Shown one piece after another: positions 45,484-56,124 of a stretch of 64,000 nucleotides of DNA. Position 1 is the stretch's first letter, and each line of letters starts with the position of its first letter. Under the pieces are notes generated by a model. That model ran no database searches. It was not told the origin of the DNA and saw only the letters and a list, made by a program, of their open reading frames with translations. Both the position numbers and the translations under genes were made by a program. The stretch comes from Candidatus Hydrogenedentota bacterium (GTDB lineage Bacteria > Hydrogenedentota > Hydrogenedentia > Hydrogenedentales > SLHB01). The stretch is taken from positions 32,001 through 96,000 of the forward strand of contig BTVY01000019.1 of NCBI GenBank assembly GCA_045863335.1, written 5' to 3'.

Positions 45484-46494
45484 CTACTGCCGTTGGAACA
45501 GGAGCACGGGATTGTACTCGAGTTCCGCTTCCTCGATGTTGGTGACGCCGATCCGGCCCCGTTCGTAAAGGTACTCCATGTGCGCTCCCGTCTCTAGAAA
45601 CGCGAGTAGTACGTGGTAGTCCTGGCGCTCGCCAAAGAGCTCCAGCGAGACTTCCTTGATCGATTTGGGCCGATCGCACAACGCCAGGGTCTTCTCCAGC
45701 CGCTTCTCGTGGAACGCGAGCGTCTCGTCAATGCGCCGGTGAAGCTCCGTCATGTCGCCTTCATGGCCTCCGAGTCCCAGCGTGATGCCCGGCACCGATC
45801 GGACCTTCTGAAGCGATTCCATGTAGTGCCCGAGACCCGTGTACCGGGTGATGAATTCCGGCGATTGGTTCGGCGTGATGCGCTGCAACACGTGGTCCGC
45901 CGTGAACAGAATGTCGTCGAGCCGAATGCAGACCTGCCCGGGGCAGTGTCCCGGGGTGTGAAAGATCTCGAAGGGTGTTCCAGGAAGCGGTCCTTCGTCG
46001 AACGTGAAATCCACGTGGGCGGGTTGGAAAAGATCTTTCGACCACTTGTTCATGCTCAGCAGTTTTTCCACGGCCGATGCGGACAAGCCCGCCCGATCGA
46101 GAAAGAAATGCAGGTTCTTCGTATTGAGAATGAGCCGTTCTTTGAACGAGCGAATTACGCTGACGTCCAGTTCGTGGATGCCGAGTTCCGCGCCCGACTG
46201 TTCCACCACGAAGTTCGCGCCGCCGAAATGGTCGATGTGGCCATGGGTCAAGATGAGCCGGCCCACGTCAAAGACCTGTACCCGTTCGTCGAACTCGTCT
46301 CCCAGCCTCCGGAAACAATCCTGCAGCGACGCGTTCGAGTTTTCCTGGCCGGAACCGGCGTCAAGCAGCGTGATTGGATCGGTCATGACGAGGTAGCAGT
46401 TCGTGAAGTGCTTTGGAAAGGCCTCCACGGGCAGCTTGTACACAATCGTGCCGCCGGCGCTCTCGTACCTTCGAATGGTCGGGTCGTTTTGCAT
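45484..46494 (-). CDS. MBL-fold metallo-hydrolase
   Basis: THGHIDHFG, TPGHCPG, TADH, GGH. Confidence 0.9.
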   Translation of the reverse strand: MQNDPTIRRYESAGGTIVYKLPVEAFPKHFTNCYLVMTDPITLLDAGSGQENSNASLQDCFRRLGDEFDERVQVFDVGRLILTHGHIDHFGGANFVVEQSGAELGIHELDVSVIRSFKERLILNTKNLHFFLDRAGLSASAVEKLLSMNKWSKDLFQPAHVDFTFDEGPLPGTPFEIFHTPGHCPGQVCIRLDDILFTADHVLQRITPNQSPEFITRYTGLGHYMESLQKVRSVPGITLGLGGHEGDMTELHRRIDETLAFHEKRLEKTLALCDRPKSIKEVSLELFGERQDYHVLLAFLETGAHMEYLYERGRIGVTNIEEAELEYNPVLLFQRQ

Positions 46495-46708
46495 GGCGTT
46501 CTCCAGAGAAGGCGTACAGTACACCGAAACCGGTATCACATGGAAATCGGTGGGCGACGCATTCGCGTTGCGTTGCCAATGATCGGTTAAGCAGATCCGA
46601 CCGATCTGGCGCAGGGTCCGCTGAGCTATCGCTTCTTTGCGCCACTTTCCAGGAGCAGGTATGATGGAGCGATTCTACGCAGATTCGATTAGTTTTGGAG
46701 GTTTCGCC

Positions 46709-47401
46709 ATGCGCACCGTGTTGATTTCATGTCTGCTGTTGACGGTGGTTCAATTCCTTGCGATCGCCGAGGATGCCGAGATTCCCCAGGAGATGAATGG
46801 ACTGCCCCTCGTGTTCTCCGAGGATTTCGAATCCGGACGCGATAACTGGGTCGAGACCGATCCCAATGCGTGGAAGATCGTGGAAGAAGACGGCAACCAC
46901 GTGTTCTCGAACTTTCAATCCAGCCAGTACGAGCCGCCGGTGCGGTCTCCCCACAATATCGCGCGTATCAAGGATCTGGAGGTCAGCGATTTTGTCATCG
47001 AGGTCAAGATGAAGCAGACAGGCCGCGAGTATGGCCACCGTGACCAGTGCATCTTCTACGGATACAACGACCCCGCTCATTTCTACTACACCCACCTGGC
47101 GACCAAAGCGGATGAACACGCCAATTCGATCTTTCTCGTGAACGGCGAACCCCGCGTTTCCATCGCCGAAGAGCGCACTGACGGAACCCAGTGGACCGAC
47201 GCGTATCACACGATTCGCATCGAGCGCGATACGGCGGCCGGGACCATTCTGGTGTACTTCGACGACATGACCAAACCGGTCATGAAGGCGACGGATACCA
47301 CGTTCCTTTCCGGCGGAATTGGGTTTGGGTCCTTCGACGACGTGGGCAACATTGACGATGTCCGGGTCTGGGGGAAGAAGGTCGGCGAGAATAAGCCGTA
47401 A
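46709..47401 (+). CDS. Secreted concanavalin-like beta-sandwich protein
   Basis: Signal peptide; FSEDFES, GGIGFGSFDD, IDDVRVW; GGAGG RBS. Confidence 0.7.
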   Translation: MRTVLISCLLLTVVQFLAIAEDAEIPQEMNGLPLVFSEDFESGRDNWVETDPNAWKIVEEDGNHVFSNFQSSQYEPPVRSPHNIARIKDLEVSDFVIEVKMKQTGREYGHRDQCIFYGYNDPAHFYYTHLATKADEHANSIFLVNGEPRVSIAEERTDGTQWTDAYHTIRIERDTAAGTILVYFDDMTKPVMKATDTTFLSGGIGFGSFDDVGNIDDVRVWGKKVGENKP

Positions 47402-47423
47402 GGCAGAAGCGTTAACACATGGC

Positions 47424-47464
47424 AAGGCCGCCCGGTGAGGGATGCCGGGCGGCCTTCTTCGTTT
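47424..47464 (+). terminator. Probable terminator hairpin
   Basis: AAGGCCGCCCGG/CCGGGCGGCCTT stem followed by CTTCGTTT. Confidence 0.6.
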
Positions 47465-47499
47465 GGCCAATGCCCGTGCGGGATGCGGAGGGAATGAAG

Positions 47500-48081
47500 A
47501 TGGCGTATACGCCCAAAATCCTGGCCTTTGCCGGAAGTCTTCGGAAGGACTCGTACAACAAGAAGCTCGTGAAGATTGCCGTGTCCGGCGCAGAGGCCGC
47601 CGGCGCCGACGTGACGTACCTCGATTTGCGCGACTACCCCTTGCCCGTGTTCGACGAAGACCTCGAACGGGAACAGGGAATGCCGGAAAACGGCCGGAAG
47701 CTAAAGGACTTGTTTCTTGCGAACGACGGACTGCTCATCGCGTGTCCCGAGTACAATAGCTCCATCACGGCGGTGTTAAAGAACACCATCGACTGGGTCT
47801 CCCGCCGGGAAGGGGACGAGGCACCGCTTGCGTGTTACGCGGGAAAAGTCGCCGCCATCATGAGCGCCTCGCCGGGCGCCTTGGGTGGATTGCGCGGACT
47901 GGTCACGGTGCGGTCGATTTTAGGCAATATCCAGGTGACCATGTTGCCCGATCAGATTGCGATTCCCAAGGCCAACGAAGCCTTCACCCCCGACGGCATG
48001 CTCCTCGATGGCGCGAAGCAGAAAGCGGTCATGGCGATTGGCGAAAAGCTTGCGGGGGTCTTGGCGAAACTGCATGGGTGA
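47500..48081 (+). CDS. NADPH-dependent FMN reductase (ChrR/SsuE family)
   Basis: GSLRKDSYN, PEYNSSITAVLKNTIDWVSR, SASPGALGGLR. Confidence 0.92.
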   Translation: MAYTPKILAFAGSLRKDSYNKKLVKIAVSGAEAAGADVTYLDLRDYPLPVFDEDLEREQGMPENGRKLKDLFLANDGLLIACPEYNSSITAVLKNTIDWVSRREGDEAPLACYAGKVAAIMSASPGALGGLRGLVTVRSILGNIQVTMLPDQIAIPKANEAFTPDGMLLDGAKQKAVMAIGEKLAGVLAKLHG

Positions 48082-48095
48082 AGGCAGGCGCGAAG

Positions 48096-48222
48096 AATAG
48101 GACGTATAGGACCAATAGGACCAATAGGACCTATGGGACAGAAAACGGCCAATCGCATCTGCGATTGGCCGCCGAAACACCGGTGTGTCCTATAAGTCGT
48201 ATACGTCCTATAGGTCCTATTC
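48096..48222. repeat. Inverted pair of 9-mer tandem repeats (ATAGGAC/GTCCTAT) around a perfect hairpin
   Basis: About five ATAGGACnn units, CGGCCAATCGC-ATCT-GCGATTGGCCG, then about four GTCCTATnn units. Confidence 0.85.
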
Positions 48223-48232
48223 TTTCTCCCGC

Positions 48233-49375
48233 TCACACCTTCGCGAAGGCCTGCTCGAGGTCCTTGATCAGGTCTTCCAGATCTTCGATCCCCACGCTCA
48301 CGCGAATCAGGTTCTGCGTAATGCCCATCTTCGCGCGCGCTTCTTCGGGCATGGACACGTGGGTCATCGTCCACGGATGCTCGATGAGCGATTCCACGCC
48401 GCCGAGCGATTCCGCGAGGGCAAACAGCTCCACGTTGCTGAGCAGGCGGAATGCTTCGTCTTTGCCGCCCTTCACGCGGAACGAGAACGTCCCGCCGAAG
48501 CCGGTCATCTGCTTCTGCGCCAGCGCGTATTGCGGGTGACTCTCCAGTCCCGGGTGTAGCACCGAATCGACCTTGGGATGCCGCTCCAGCCACTGGGCGA
48601 TGCCCAGCGCGTTCTTGTTGTGCTCTTCCATGCGAACGGCCAGCGTCTTCACGCCGCGCAAGACGAGGAAGCAGTCCATGGGGCCCGCGCAGGTGCCCAT
48701 GCCGTTTTGCAGAAACGCAATCTTCTCGGCCAACGCTTCATCGTTGGTAATGAGCGCGCCGCCGACCACGTCGGAATGGCCGTTGATGTATTTGGTGGTC
48801 GAGTGCAACACCACGTCGATGCCGAGTTCCAGCGGCCGCTGAAAGTAGGGGGAGAGGAAGGTGTTGTCGCAGATGGTGTGAATGCCGTGTTCCCTGGCGA
48901 TGGCCGTGACCGCGCCGAGGTCCTGCAAATTCATGAGTGGATTGGTGGGCGTCTCCAGCCAGATCAGCTTGGTCTCCGGCCGGATGGCCGCGCGAATGGC
49001 GTCGAGATCGCGCAGGTTCACGAACTCCACGTCGACGCCTTTGTCCGCGATCACGGTCGTCAAGAGACGGTAGGTGCCGCCGTAGAGGTCGTCATGCACG
49101 ATGATGTGGTCGCCGTGGCCGTACATGGCCAGAAATGTCGCCTCGGCCGCCATGCCGGTCGCGAAGGCGTAGCCGAACTTGGCCCCTTCCAGCGCCGCCA
49201 GGCAGTTCTCCAAGGCTTTGCGCGTGGGGTTTCCGCTGCGCGAGTAATCGAAGGGTCCCGGCTGTTCGACCCCGCGAAACGCGAAGGTCGACGTCTGATA
49301 GATCGGGGTCATGACGGCCCCGTACGCGGGGTCCGGACCCTGCCCGGCATGGATCGACAAGGTCTTGAAACGCAT
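48233..49375 (-). CDS. Cystathionine gamma-synthase/gamma-lyase (Cys/Met PLP enzyme)
   Basis: PIYQTSTF, YSRSGNPTR, ETPTNP, HSTTKYINGHSD, AESLGGVESL. Confidence 0.93.
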   Translation of the reverse strand: MRFKTLSIHAGQGPDPAYGAVMTPIYQTSTFAFRGVEQPGPFDYSRSGNPTRKALENCLAALEGAKFGYAFATGMAAEATFLAMYGHGDHIIVHDDLYGGTYRLLTTVIADKGVDVEFVNLRDLDAIRAAIRPETKLIWLETPTNPLMNLQDLGAVTAIAREHGIHTICDNTFLSPYFQRPLELGIDVVLHSTTKYINGHSDVVGGALITNDEALAEKIAFLQNGMGTCAGPMDCFLVLRGVKTLAVRMEEHNKNALGIAQWLERHPKVDSVLHPGLESHPQYALAQKQMTGFGGTFSFRVKGGKDEAFRLLSNVELFALAESLGGVESLIEHPWTMTHVSMPEEARAKMGITQNLIRVSVGIEDLEDLIKDLEQAFAKV

Positions 49376-49506
49376 GAGGTACTCCTTGTAGCTGCGCCCG
49401 GTGCGGCGCGGGTCACCAAGAACTGGGGAAAACGCCAGACTCGCCAAGACACAATGTATGCGCACGACCGAAGAGAGTTGGCGAAACAGGTCCCGCGAAA
49501 ACGGGA

Positions 49507-49536
49507 ATTATACGCGGAAACCACGGCGGCCCGCAA
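49507..49536 (-). promoter_or_regulatory. Probable sigma70 promoter of the cystathionine enzyme gene
   Basis: Minus strand reads TTGCGG-18 nt-TATAAT. Confidence 0.55.
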
Positions 49537-49661
49537 TTTTGGTGCGCAACGATTGCCGAGGGACAGCAGGGACAACAGAGACAGCAGACGCGATGTACGG
49601 GTGATTGCTTTGAAAGCGAGACCGCGTCGCCCGATGGACGCTCATGTGCCCGCTTTCGCGT

Positions 49662-49702
49662 GCCGCCCGTCCTATTTGTCCTATCGGTCCTATACGTCCT
49701 AT
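49662..49702. repeat. 41-bp direct repeat, copy 1 (GTCCTAT family)
   Basis: GCCGCCCGTCCTATTTGTCCTATCGGTCCTATACGTCCTAT, identical to 51318-51358. Confidence 0.9.
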
Positions 49703-49737
49703 TCCTAAAACGGTATCGCCCGCAGGCGCATTTCGCC

Positions 49738-51213
49738 TCAGTGAATCCAAGAAGCGACAATGTCCACTACCAGCCACTCGTCCCCAAAGCGACGTAGACG
49801 GAGGGTTGTTGCGCCGGAAATTTCCACCGCAATCTCTCCCGTTTCGTAATTTGAATCAACGCGGGCGCCATCGATACTGATTGCGAGGACAGCGTCCTCA
49901 GAATCAGGAATGACAAACAAGGTCATCCTCGTAGCCTCAGCCATCTTCTCCGCGTGGGTATAGCTTTCCTTGCGCGCGGGCGCGCCAGCCTTTTTTAGGG
50001 CTGCGTTACGAAGACGCACAAACGCGTCCACACTTTCCCGCGTGCCTAAATGCCCAAGTCCCATGATGGCGTGCGCACGAACCTTTGGGTCCACATTGGG
50101 ATTCTGTGCCAGATTCGCGAGGAACTTGATGCAGTCGTCTCCGGCGAGTGATGCGATCGTTGCGATAGCCGCCCAAGACCATCCGCCATACATCCCGCTC
50201 AACTCCGTATCCTCTCTCGTGCGCAGCAGGAGATTCTCGAAAGGCCGAACTGTGTCCTTGTCATTCAACGCGCGGGCGATCGTGGCGTATTGGGTTACCT
50301 CGTCTCGATTTTTCACGTGAACCCGATCGATCCCATCCACACGATCGATGAGGATACGAACCAGTTCACTTCTGCTCGCTGTAGTGGGCAGCCGCAGTTT
50401 CTCCAGGTTGATTCGTCCTTCGCTGAACGCATCAGTCCACTCGTTGGGCCGAGACGCGGCGATATCACGTCGCGTGGTAGCGGCTAAATCAACGTTCTGG
50501 CCCGCCCGCCCGGCCTTTCCAAAGAACGGCGATAGACCCGGTTGCCCGGATATCACCCGCTCCATTGGCTCCAAAGCGCGCGACTGCGATTCCCAGTAGT
50601 CCACAGAACGTATAAGACGCCGAAGGTCCTTTGCTGGAAGCCGCTTTAGAATTTCGCTCAGTGCCGTAAGGTCGTCTTCGGCGTTCATCAACACCATTGC
50701 GCGTGCGAGAGCGCTTCTGGGCCGCCAATCCTCAGAACCGGCGAGTTCCTCTAATACAGATGACGCAGCATCTGGACGGTTCACCGCCAGCATATTGCAG
50801 AGCATTCCCAATTCTCCAAAGTCCTTCTCGCCTTGTTTTTCCTTACGTGCAAGCCAGCGGACTCGGCATTGAAGATAGGTCATCGCTCTTGGAAAAGGCG
50901 ACGTCACGAGTAGAAGCGCCGCGCCGTACCGGTGATCCGACCACTGCGGATCCTCATACAAGTCCCGGACAACGGGTACGGCCTCTTCGCCCCATTGCTC
51001 CCAGTAAGCGGCCATTTGCGATTCGTCGGCGGCAAGGGAACGTTCAGCGTGGTTCAACGCGATCTCGACAACGACCGTTTCGATGGCAGGCGTGAACGCC
51101 GCACTTGCACCGTCTTCCCCATTAGCCAGGGGCAGACCAGCGGCGACTGTCCAATGTCCAACACCGGCGAGCTGGATTACGAGTATGCCGATGCCGCACG
51201 CGATTCGTCGCAT
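49738..51213 (-). CDS. Secreted hypothetical HEAT-repeat-like protein
   Basis: Signal-like N-terminus; WRPRSALARA and PKVRAHAIMGLGHLG helical repeats; GAGG upstream. Confidence 0.65.
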   Translation of the reverse strand: MRRIACGIGILVIQLAGVGHWTVAAGLPLANGEDGASAAFTPAIETVVVEIALNHAERSLAADESQMAAYWEQWGEEAVPVVRDLYEDPQWSDHRYGAALLLVTSPFPRAMTYLQCRVRWLARKEKQGEKDFGELGMLCNMLAVNRPDAASSVLEELAGSEDWRPRSALARAMVLMNAEDDLTALSEILKRLPAKDLRRLIRSVDYWESQSRALEPMERVISGQPGLSPFFGKAGRAGQNVDLAATTRRDIAASRPNEWTDAFSEGRINLEKLRLPTTASRSELVRILIDRVDGIDRVHVKNRDEVTQYATIARALNDKDTVRPFENLLLRTREDTELSGMYGGWSWAAIATIASLAGDDCIKFLANLAQNPNVDPKVRAHAIMGLGHLGTRESVDAFVRLRNAALKKAGAPARKESYTHAEKMAEATRMTLFVIPDSEDAVLAISIDGARVDSNYETGEIAVEISGATTLRLRRFGDEWLVVDIVASWIH

Positions 51214-51317
51214 TTTGAACGACCTCCCCGCTGTGAGTTATTCCCCACGTAATTGGACACCGCGGATGGAGTCGAGTTCGACCAACTTTTCATTTCTCGG
51301 AGCAAGCCGACGCGGTC

Positions 51318-51358
51318 GCCGCCCGTCCTATTTGTCCTATCGGTCCTATACGTCCTAT
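51318..51358. repeat. 41-bp direct repeat, copy 2
   Basis: Identical to 49662-49702. Confidence 0.9.
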
Positions 51359-51360
51359 CC

Positions 51361-53955
51361 CTACAACCGAGTCGCCCGGAGGCGCAGGGCGTTGGTTATC
51401 ACCGAAACCGAACTGAAACTCATCGCCGCGGCGGCGATCATGGGGCTGAGCAGCATGCCCATGACGGGATACAACACGCCCGCGGCGATGGGCACGCCGA
51501 GGGAGTTGTACACGAAGGCCAGGAAGAGGTTCTGCCGGATGTTGCGCATGACGGCGCGGCTGAGGCGGATGGCTTTCGCGATGCCGCGCAGGTCGCCTTT
51601 GACGAGCGTGATTCCCGCGCTTTCCATGGCCACGTCGGTGCCGGAACCCATGGCGATGCCGACGTGGGCCTGGGCCAACGCGGGCGCGTCGTTGATGCCG
51701 TCTCCCGCCATGGCGACGATCTTCCCTTCGGATTGCAGCCGTTTGACGACTTCTACTTTGCGCTCGGGAAGCACGTCCGCTTCGACCTCATCGATGCCGA
51801 GATCGTCGGCCACGGCCTGGGCCGTCGTTTTGCTGTCGCCGGTGACCATGACCACACGAACGCCCGCCTCGTGCAAGGTCTTCAGCGCTTCCGGGGTGGA
51901 TTCCTTGATGGGATCGGCCACGCCGAGCAGGCCGGCGGGTTGGTCATCGACGACTACGAACATAACGGTTTGCGCTTTGCCGCGCAGTTCTTCCGCCCGT
52001 TCCGGCAAGCTGCCCAGGTCGATGGCCTGCTCCTCGAAGAGCGCGCGGTTGCCGAGGTGGATGGTCTTACCGTCCAGCTTCCCGGTGACTCCTTTGCCCG
52101 TGATGGAATCGAAATCCTGCACGTCCGTCAGGGACACGTCCCGTTCGCGCGCGCCTTGCACGATGGCTTCGGCTAGAGGATGCTCGCTGGCGCGTTCCAA
52201 ACTGGCCGCATGCCGAAGGAGATCCTTTTCGTCCCATCCGTTCGCCGGTTCCACGGTTACGAGCCGGGGCTTGCCTTCGGTCAACGTGCCCGTCTTGTCG
52301 ACGACCAGCGTGTCGACCTTCTCGAAGATTTCCAGGGACTCCGCGTTTTTCACGAGCACGCCTTCCGACGCGCCGCGTCCCGTGCCGACCATGATGGACA
52401 TGGGTGTGGCAAGGCCCAGCGCACAGGGACAGGCGATGATCAACACCGACACCGCGCTGACAAGCGCATGGGCCAAGCGAGGTTCCGGACCCACGAGCAT
52501 CCATACGATAAACGCGACAACGGCCACCGCGACGACGGCGGGTACGAAGTAGCTCGCCACCACGTCCGCCAATCGCTGGATCGGCGCCCGGCTTCGTTGG
52601 GCCTCACTGACCATCCGCACGATCTGCGCGAGGAGTGTGTCGCTGCCCACCCGCTCGGCCTTCATGACGAAACTGCCTTTGCCGTTGACCGTACCGCCCG
52701 TGACGGAATCGTCGGCATTCTTCTCCACGGGCACCGGCTCGCCGGTAACCATCGATTCATCGATGGTGGTTTTCCCTTCGAGGACCGTTCCATCGACGGG
52801 CACCTTCTCGCCGGGGCGGACGCGCAACCGGTCTCCGGCCTGGACGTCCTTCAGCGGGACATCCACTTCGTCTCCGTTCTCCTTGATGCGGCGCGCGGTT
52901 TTAGGCGCCAGCCCGAGGAGTTTCTTGATGGCGCCGCTAGTCTGGGCGCGGGCACGAAGTTCCAACACCTGCCCCAGGAGCACCAAGGCAATGATGACCG
53001 CCGACGCCTCGAAATAGACCGGCACCATGCCACCGTGGGTTTTCAACGAATCCGGAAACAGTTCCGGCGCGACTGTTGCGACGATGCTGTATCCGTAAGC
53101 GACCCCGGTGCCGAGGGCGATGAGCGTGAACATGTTCAGGTTCCAACTGACGACCGAACGCCAACCGCGTATGAAGAAGGGGAGACCGCAGTACAGCACG
53201 ACCGGCGTGGCGAGGATGAATTGCAACCACGTCTGCACGGCCATGGGGATCACGTTTGTCAGCGGCTTGCCCGGGATCATCTCCGACATGGACAGGATGA
53301 ACACCGGCACAGTGAACCCGAGGCTGAGCCAGAAGCGCCGCTTCATGTCGTCGAGTTCGGCATTCGATTCCTCCGCCGTCACCTCGCGTGGTTCCAGCGC
53401 CATGCCGCACTTGGGGCAGTCCCCCGGCTCGTCCTGGACGATTTCGGGATGCATGGGGCAGGTGTACTCGGTGCGCGTGGCCGCCGGTTCGTACGTGGCG
53501 GGCTCGAGCGCCATACCGCATTTCGGACAGTCCCCGGGGCCTTTCTGCCGCACCTCGGGGCACATGGGGCAGACATATTCGCGTTGGTCGTCCTTATGCG
53601 ATTCCGCCGGCTTTGGTTGAGGCGAAAGGTACTTCTCCGGATCGCCCGAGAACTTCTCTTTGCATCCCGCGGAACAGAAGTAGTAGGTCTGCCCTTCATG
53701 TTCGAAACGGTGCTTCGCCGTCTCGGGGTTCACTTTCATGCCGCAGACCGGGTCGTTCGCGTCCGTCTGCGCATAGGACTCCGGCGCGGCGTCGAACTTG
53801 GTCTTGCACCCCGCGCTGCAAAAGTAAATCGTCCGGCCGCCGTACTCCGAGGTCAGTTTCGCCCGCGCCGGATTGACGGTCATTCCGCACACGGGATCCG
53901 TAGCCAACTCCCCTGCGGTCGAATCCGTATGGTGGGATTCCTCTTCGTTCTCCAT
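51361..53955 (-). CDS. copA: Cu(I)/Ag(I)-translocating P1B-type ATPase with two YHS and two HMBD domains
   Basis: DPVCGM...YFCS x2, YxCPM x2, TGE, CPC, DKTGT, SEHP, GDGIND, YN...MxxSS. Confidence 0.93.
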   Translation of the reverse strand: MENEEESHHTDSTAGELATDPVCGMTVNPARAKLTSEYGGRTIYFCSAGCKTKFDAAPESYAQTDANDPVCGMKVNPETAKHRFEHEGQTYYFCSAGCKEKFSGDPEKYLSPQPKPAESHKDDQREYVCPMCPEVRQKGPGDCPKCGMALEPATYEPAATRTEYTCPMHPEIVQDEPGDCPKCGMALEPREVTAEESNAELDDMKRRFWLSLGFTVPVFILSMSEMIPGKPLTNVIPMAVQTWLQFILATPVVLYCGLPFFIRGWRSVVSWNLNMFTLIALGTGVAYGYSIVATVAPELFPDSLKTHGGMVPVYFEASAVIIALVLLGQVLELRARAQTSGAIKKLLGLAPKTARRIKENGDEVDVPLKDVQAGDRLRVRPGEKVPVDGTVLEGKTTIDESMVTGEPVPVEKNADDSVTGGTVNGKGSFVMKAERVGSDTLLAQIVRMVSEAQRSRAPIQRLADVVASYFVPAVVAVAVVAFIVWMLVGPEPRLAHALVSAVSVLIIACPCALGLATPMSIMVGTGRGASEGVLVKNAESLEIFEKVDTLVVDKTGTLTEGKPRLVTVEPANGWDEKDLLRHAASLERASEHPLAEAIVQGARERDVSLTDVQDFDSITGKGVTGKLDGKTIHLGNRALFEEQAIDLGSLPERAEELRGKAQTVMFVVVDDQPAGLLGVADPIKESTPEALKTLHEAGVRVVMVTGDSKTTAQAVADDLGIDEVEADVLPERKVEVVKRLQSEGKIVAMAGDGINDAPALAQAHVGIAMGSGTDVAMESAGITLVKGDLRGIAKAIRLSRAVMRNIRQNLFLAFVYNSLGVPIAAGVLYPVMGMLLSPMIAAAAMSFSSVSVITNALRLRATRL

Positions 53956-54176
53956 AGGGTGTTTTGCTCCTCCCTGATGCGTTGTCGAAGCCTTTAAGCT
54001 ATAATGCGGTATCGGTTTACATGCGTTAGAGCTAACGCGGGGGAATCCTCGGGCATTCCAGCGTAGACGTGAAATGAAACCCCGGGATTGTGTGTTAACG
54101 GGCCTGATACACGAAATCTCTAAGCAATCGTATCGAAGTGAAATGGAGTAATGCCACGATGCCAGGGCGTAAGAAA

Positions 54177-54665
54177 ATGACTACCAAGCTAATCGAGGGC
54201 GGCAATCCGGCCAATCCCGAGCACCCGCACGACGAGCCATTCATTCGAGGCCTCACCCAAGTCATTCGTTGGTCGGTGCGCGCGCTGGCATTGCTCATGA
54301 CGGCCGTCATTGTGTGGGGCGTGGTAGACGTGGTGTACGTATTGTACGAGCGCCTGCTCGAGCCGCCGTTCCTCCTGCTCAGTATCAGCGACATACTCGC
54401 TACCTTTGGCGCGTTTATGGCGGTGCTCATTGCCATCGAAATCTTCATCAATATTACCGTCTATCTGCGTGAAGATGTCATCCACGTGAAGATCGTCATC
54501 GCGACGGCGCTCATGGCCATTGCCCGGAAGGTAATCATCATGGACCTCGAGGAGCTGGTCTGGCAGGAGGTCTTGGCGATTGCCGCAGTCGTCCTGGCCC
54601 TGAGTATCGGCTATTGGCTCGTCGTGGTGAAGGACGAGCGCGACGCGGGGGCTATCCCGCACTAG
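54177..54665 (+). CDS. Phosphate-starvation-inducible PsiE-family membrane protein
   Basis: [20 protein letters not shown]; start uncertain. Confidence 0.8.
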   Translation: MTTKLIEGGNPANPEHPHDEPFIRGLTQVIRWSVRALALLMTAVIVWGVVDVVYVLYERLLEPPFLLLSISDILATFGAFMAVLIAIEIFINITVYLREDVIHVKIVIATALMAIARKVIIMDLEELVWQEVLAIAAVVLALSIGYWLVVVKDERDAGAIPH

Positions 54666-54744
54666 CGCCAAAGAGTTGACTTTCCCGCGCGATTGCTTCA
54701 GGCTCCTCCCCGGCAATCATCTGTCTGCAAGGAGGGAGCTACCT

Positions 54745-56124
54745 GTGGATACGCGGGACACGTCTGCCCAAGCAAAGCCTGAACTGAACGAAGAACCGCC
54801 CTATCCGCCCATCGGATACGCGTGGTACGTCGTCGGCGTATTGATGATCCTCTACGTGCTGTCGTTCATCGACCGGCAGATCATGTCGCTGATCGTCGAA
54901 CCGATGAAACGCGACCTGGAAGTCAGTGACACGCTCATGGGGCTTCTCATGGGCACTTCCTTCGCCATCTTCTACACCTTGTTCGGCATGCCCCTCGGCC
55001 GCCTTGCGGACAGTCGCAGCCGCCGCGGTATTATCGCCGCGGGGGTGTTTCTCTGGAGCCTGATGACCGCGTTTTGCGGCATCGCGCGCAACTACGCCCA
55101 ACTCTTCGCGTACCGCGTGGGCGTCGGTATCGGGGAAGCCGCCCTGTCGCCGGCGGCCTATTCGCTGATAACGGATTACTTTCCGCGCAATCGGCTTGCC
55201 ACGGCGATCAGCGTGTACGGAATGGGCATCTACCTCGGGTCAGGTCTCGCCTATCTGCTGGGCGGTTACGTGATCCAGTTCGTCTATGGCGCGGACATGA
55301 TCGACGTCCCCATTCTCGGCGCCGTGCGCCCCTGGCAGACGGTCTTCCTGATTGTCGGCATCCCCGGCATCTTTTTCTCGCTGCTCATGCTGACCGTTCG
55401 GGAACCGTTCCGGCGGGGACTGAAGGCTCGCGCCGGCGCATCGTCAAGCGTTCCATTGAAGGCGGTGCTCGACTACATCCACGCGAACAAAGCGACGTTC
55501 TTCTGCCACAACATGAGTTTCGCGCTGATGGCCATGGCCGGCTATGGCAGCATCAGTTGGATTCCGGCGTTCTTCATCCGCACCCACGGTTGGGAAGCGG
55601 CGGACGTGGGCAAGACCTACGGGGCCATCATGATGGTTTTCGGCTCCACCGGAATCGTGTTTGGCGGTTACCTCGCAGACCGGCTCGCCGCCAAGGGCCA
55701 CATCGATTCCAAGATGCGCGCGGGCGTCGTCGCCGCGCTGGCATCCGTTCCCTTGAGTCTTGCCTATCCGCTGGTGCCGGACGGCCGTCTCGCCATGGTT
55801 TTGCTTGCGCCGCTGGCCTTCGCGGTGGCCATGCCCTTTGGCGCCGCGCCCGCGGCCATGCAGGAAGTCATGCCCGCCAACATGCGGGGCCAGGCCGGCG
55901 CTCTGTATCTTTTCGTGGTGAACTTGATCGGCATTGGATTGGGCGCCCCGACCGTTGGCGCTTTGACGGATTTTGTGTTCAAAGACGAGTCCATGGTGCG
56001 CTACTCGCTGTGCATCGTTGGAACGGCATGCGGCATTGTGGCAGCCGGGTTACTCATTCTCGGTCTCGCGCCCTTCCGCCGCAGCATGCAGCACCTGGAA
56101 GAATGGCACACGAGCAACGTGTAG
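54745..56124 (+). CDS. MFS transporter (spinster-like)
   Basis: SFIDRQI, GRLADSRSRR, RVGVGIGEA, SLITDYFP; AGGAGG RBS before GTG. Confidence 0.9.
   Translation: MDTRDTSAQAKPELNEEPPYPPIGYAWYVVGVLMILYVLSFIDRQIMSLIVEPMKRDLEVSDTLMGLLMGTSFAIFYTLFGMPLGRLADSRSRRGIIAAGVFLWSLMTAFCGIARNYAQLFAYRVGVGIGEAALSPAAYSLITDYFPRNRLATAISVYGMGIYLGSGLAYLLGGYVIQFVYGADMIDVPILGAVRPWQTVFLIVGIPGIFFSLLMLTVREPFRRGLKARAGASSSVPLKAVLDYIHANKATFFCHNMSFALMAMAGYGSISWIPAFFIRTHGWEAADVGKTYGAIMMVFGSTGIVFGGYLADRLAAKGHIDSKMRAGVVAALASVPLSLAYPLVPDGRLAMVLLAPLAFAVAMPFGAAPAAMQEVMPANMRGQAGALYLFVVNLIGIGLGAPTVGALTDFVFKDESMVRYSLCIVGTACGIVAAGLLILGLAPFRRSMQHLEEWHTSNV

Noticed and set aside
49376-49506. SAM riboswitch or T-box upstream of the cystathionine enzyme gene
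   Set aside because: The leader has hairpins, but I could not find SAM-I/II or T-box consensus elements
48096-51358. GTCCTAT arrays as a CRISPR array
   Set aside because: Units are 9 nt in tandem with no 25-45 nt unique spacers, and no cas genes are present
51361-53955. Direct functional link between copA and the CruR-like leader locus
   Set aside because: They are about 9 kb apart with unrelated genes between; proximity alone is not evidence
52180-53997. 605-aa antisense ORF over copA and similar long shadow ORFs (23597-24910, 39884-41146, 58731-59945)
   Set aside because: They mirror well-supported genes on the opposite strand, have no motifs of their own, and are explained by GC3 bias
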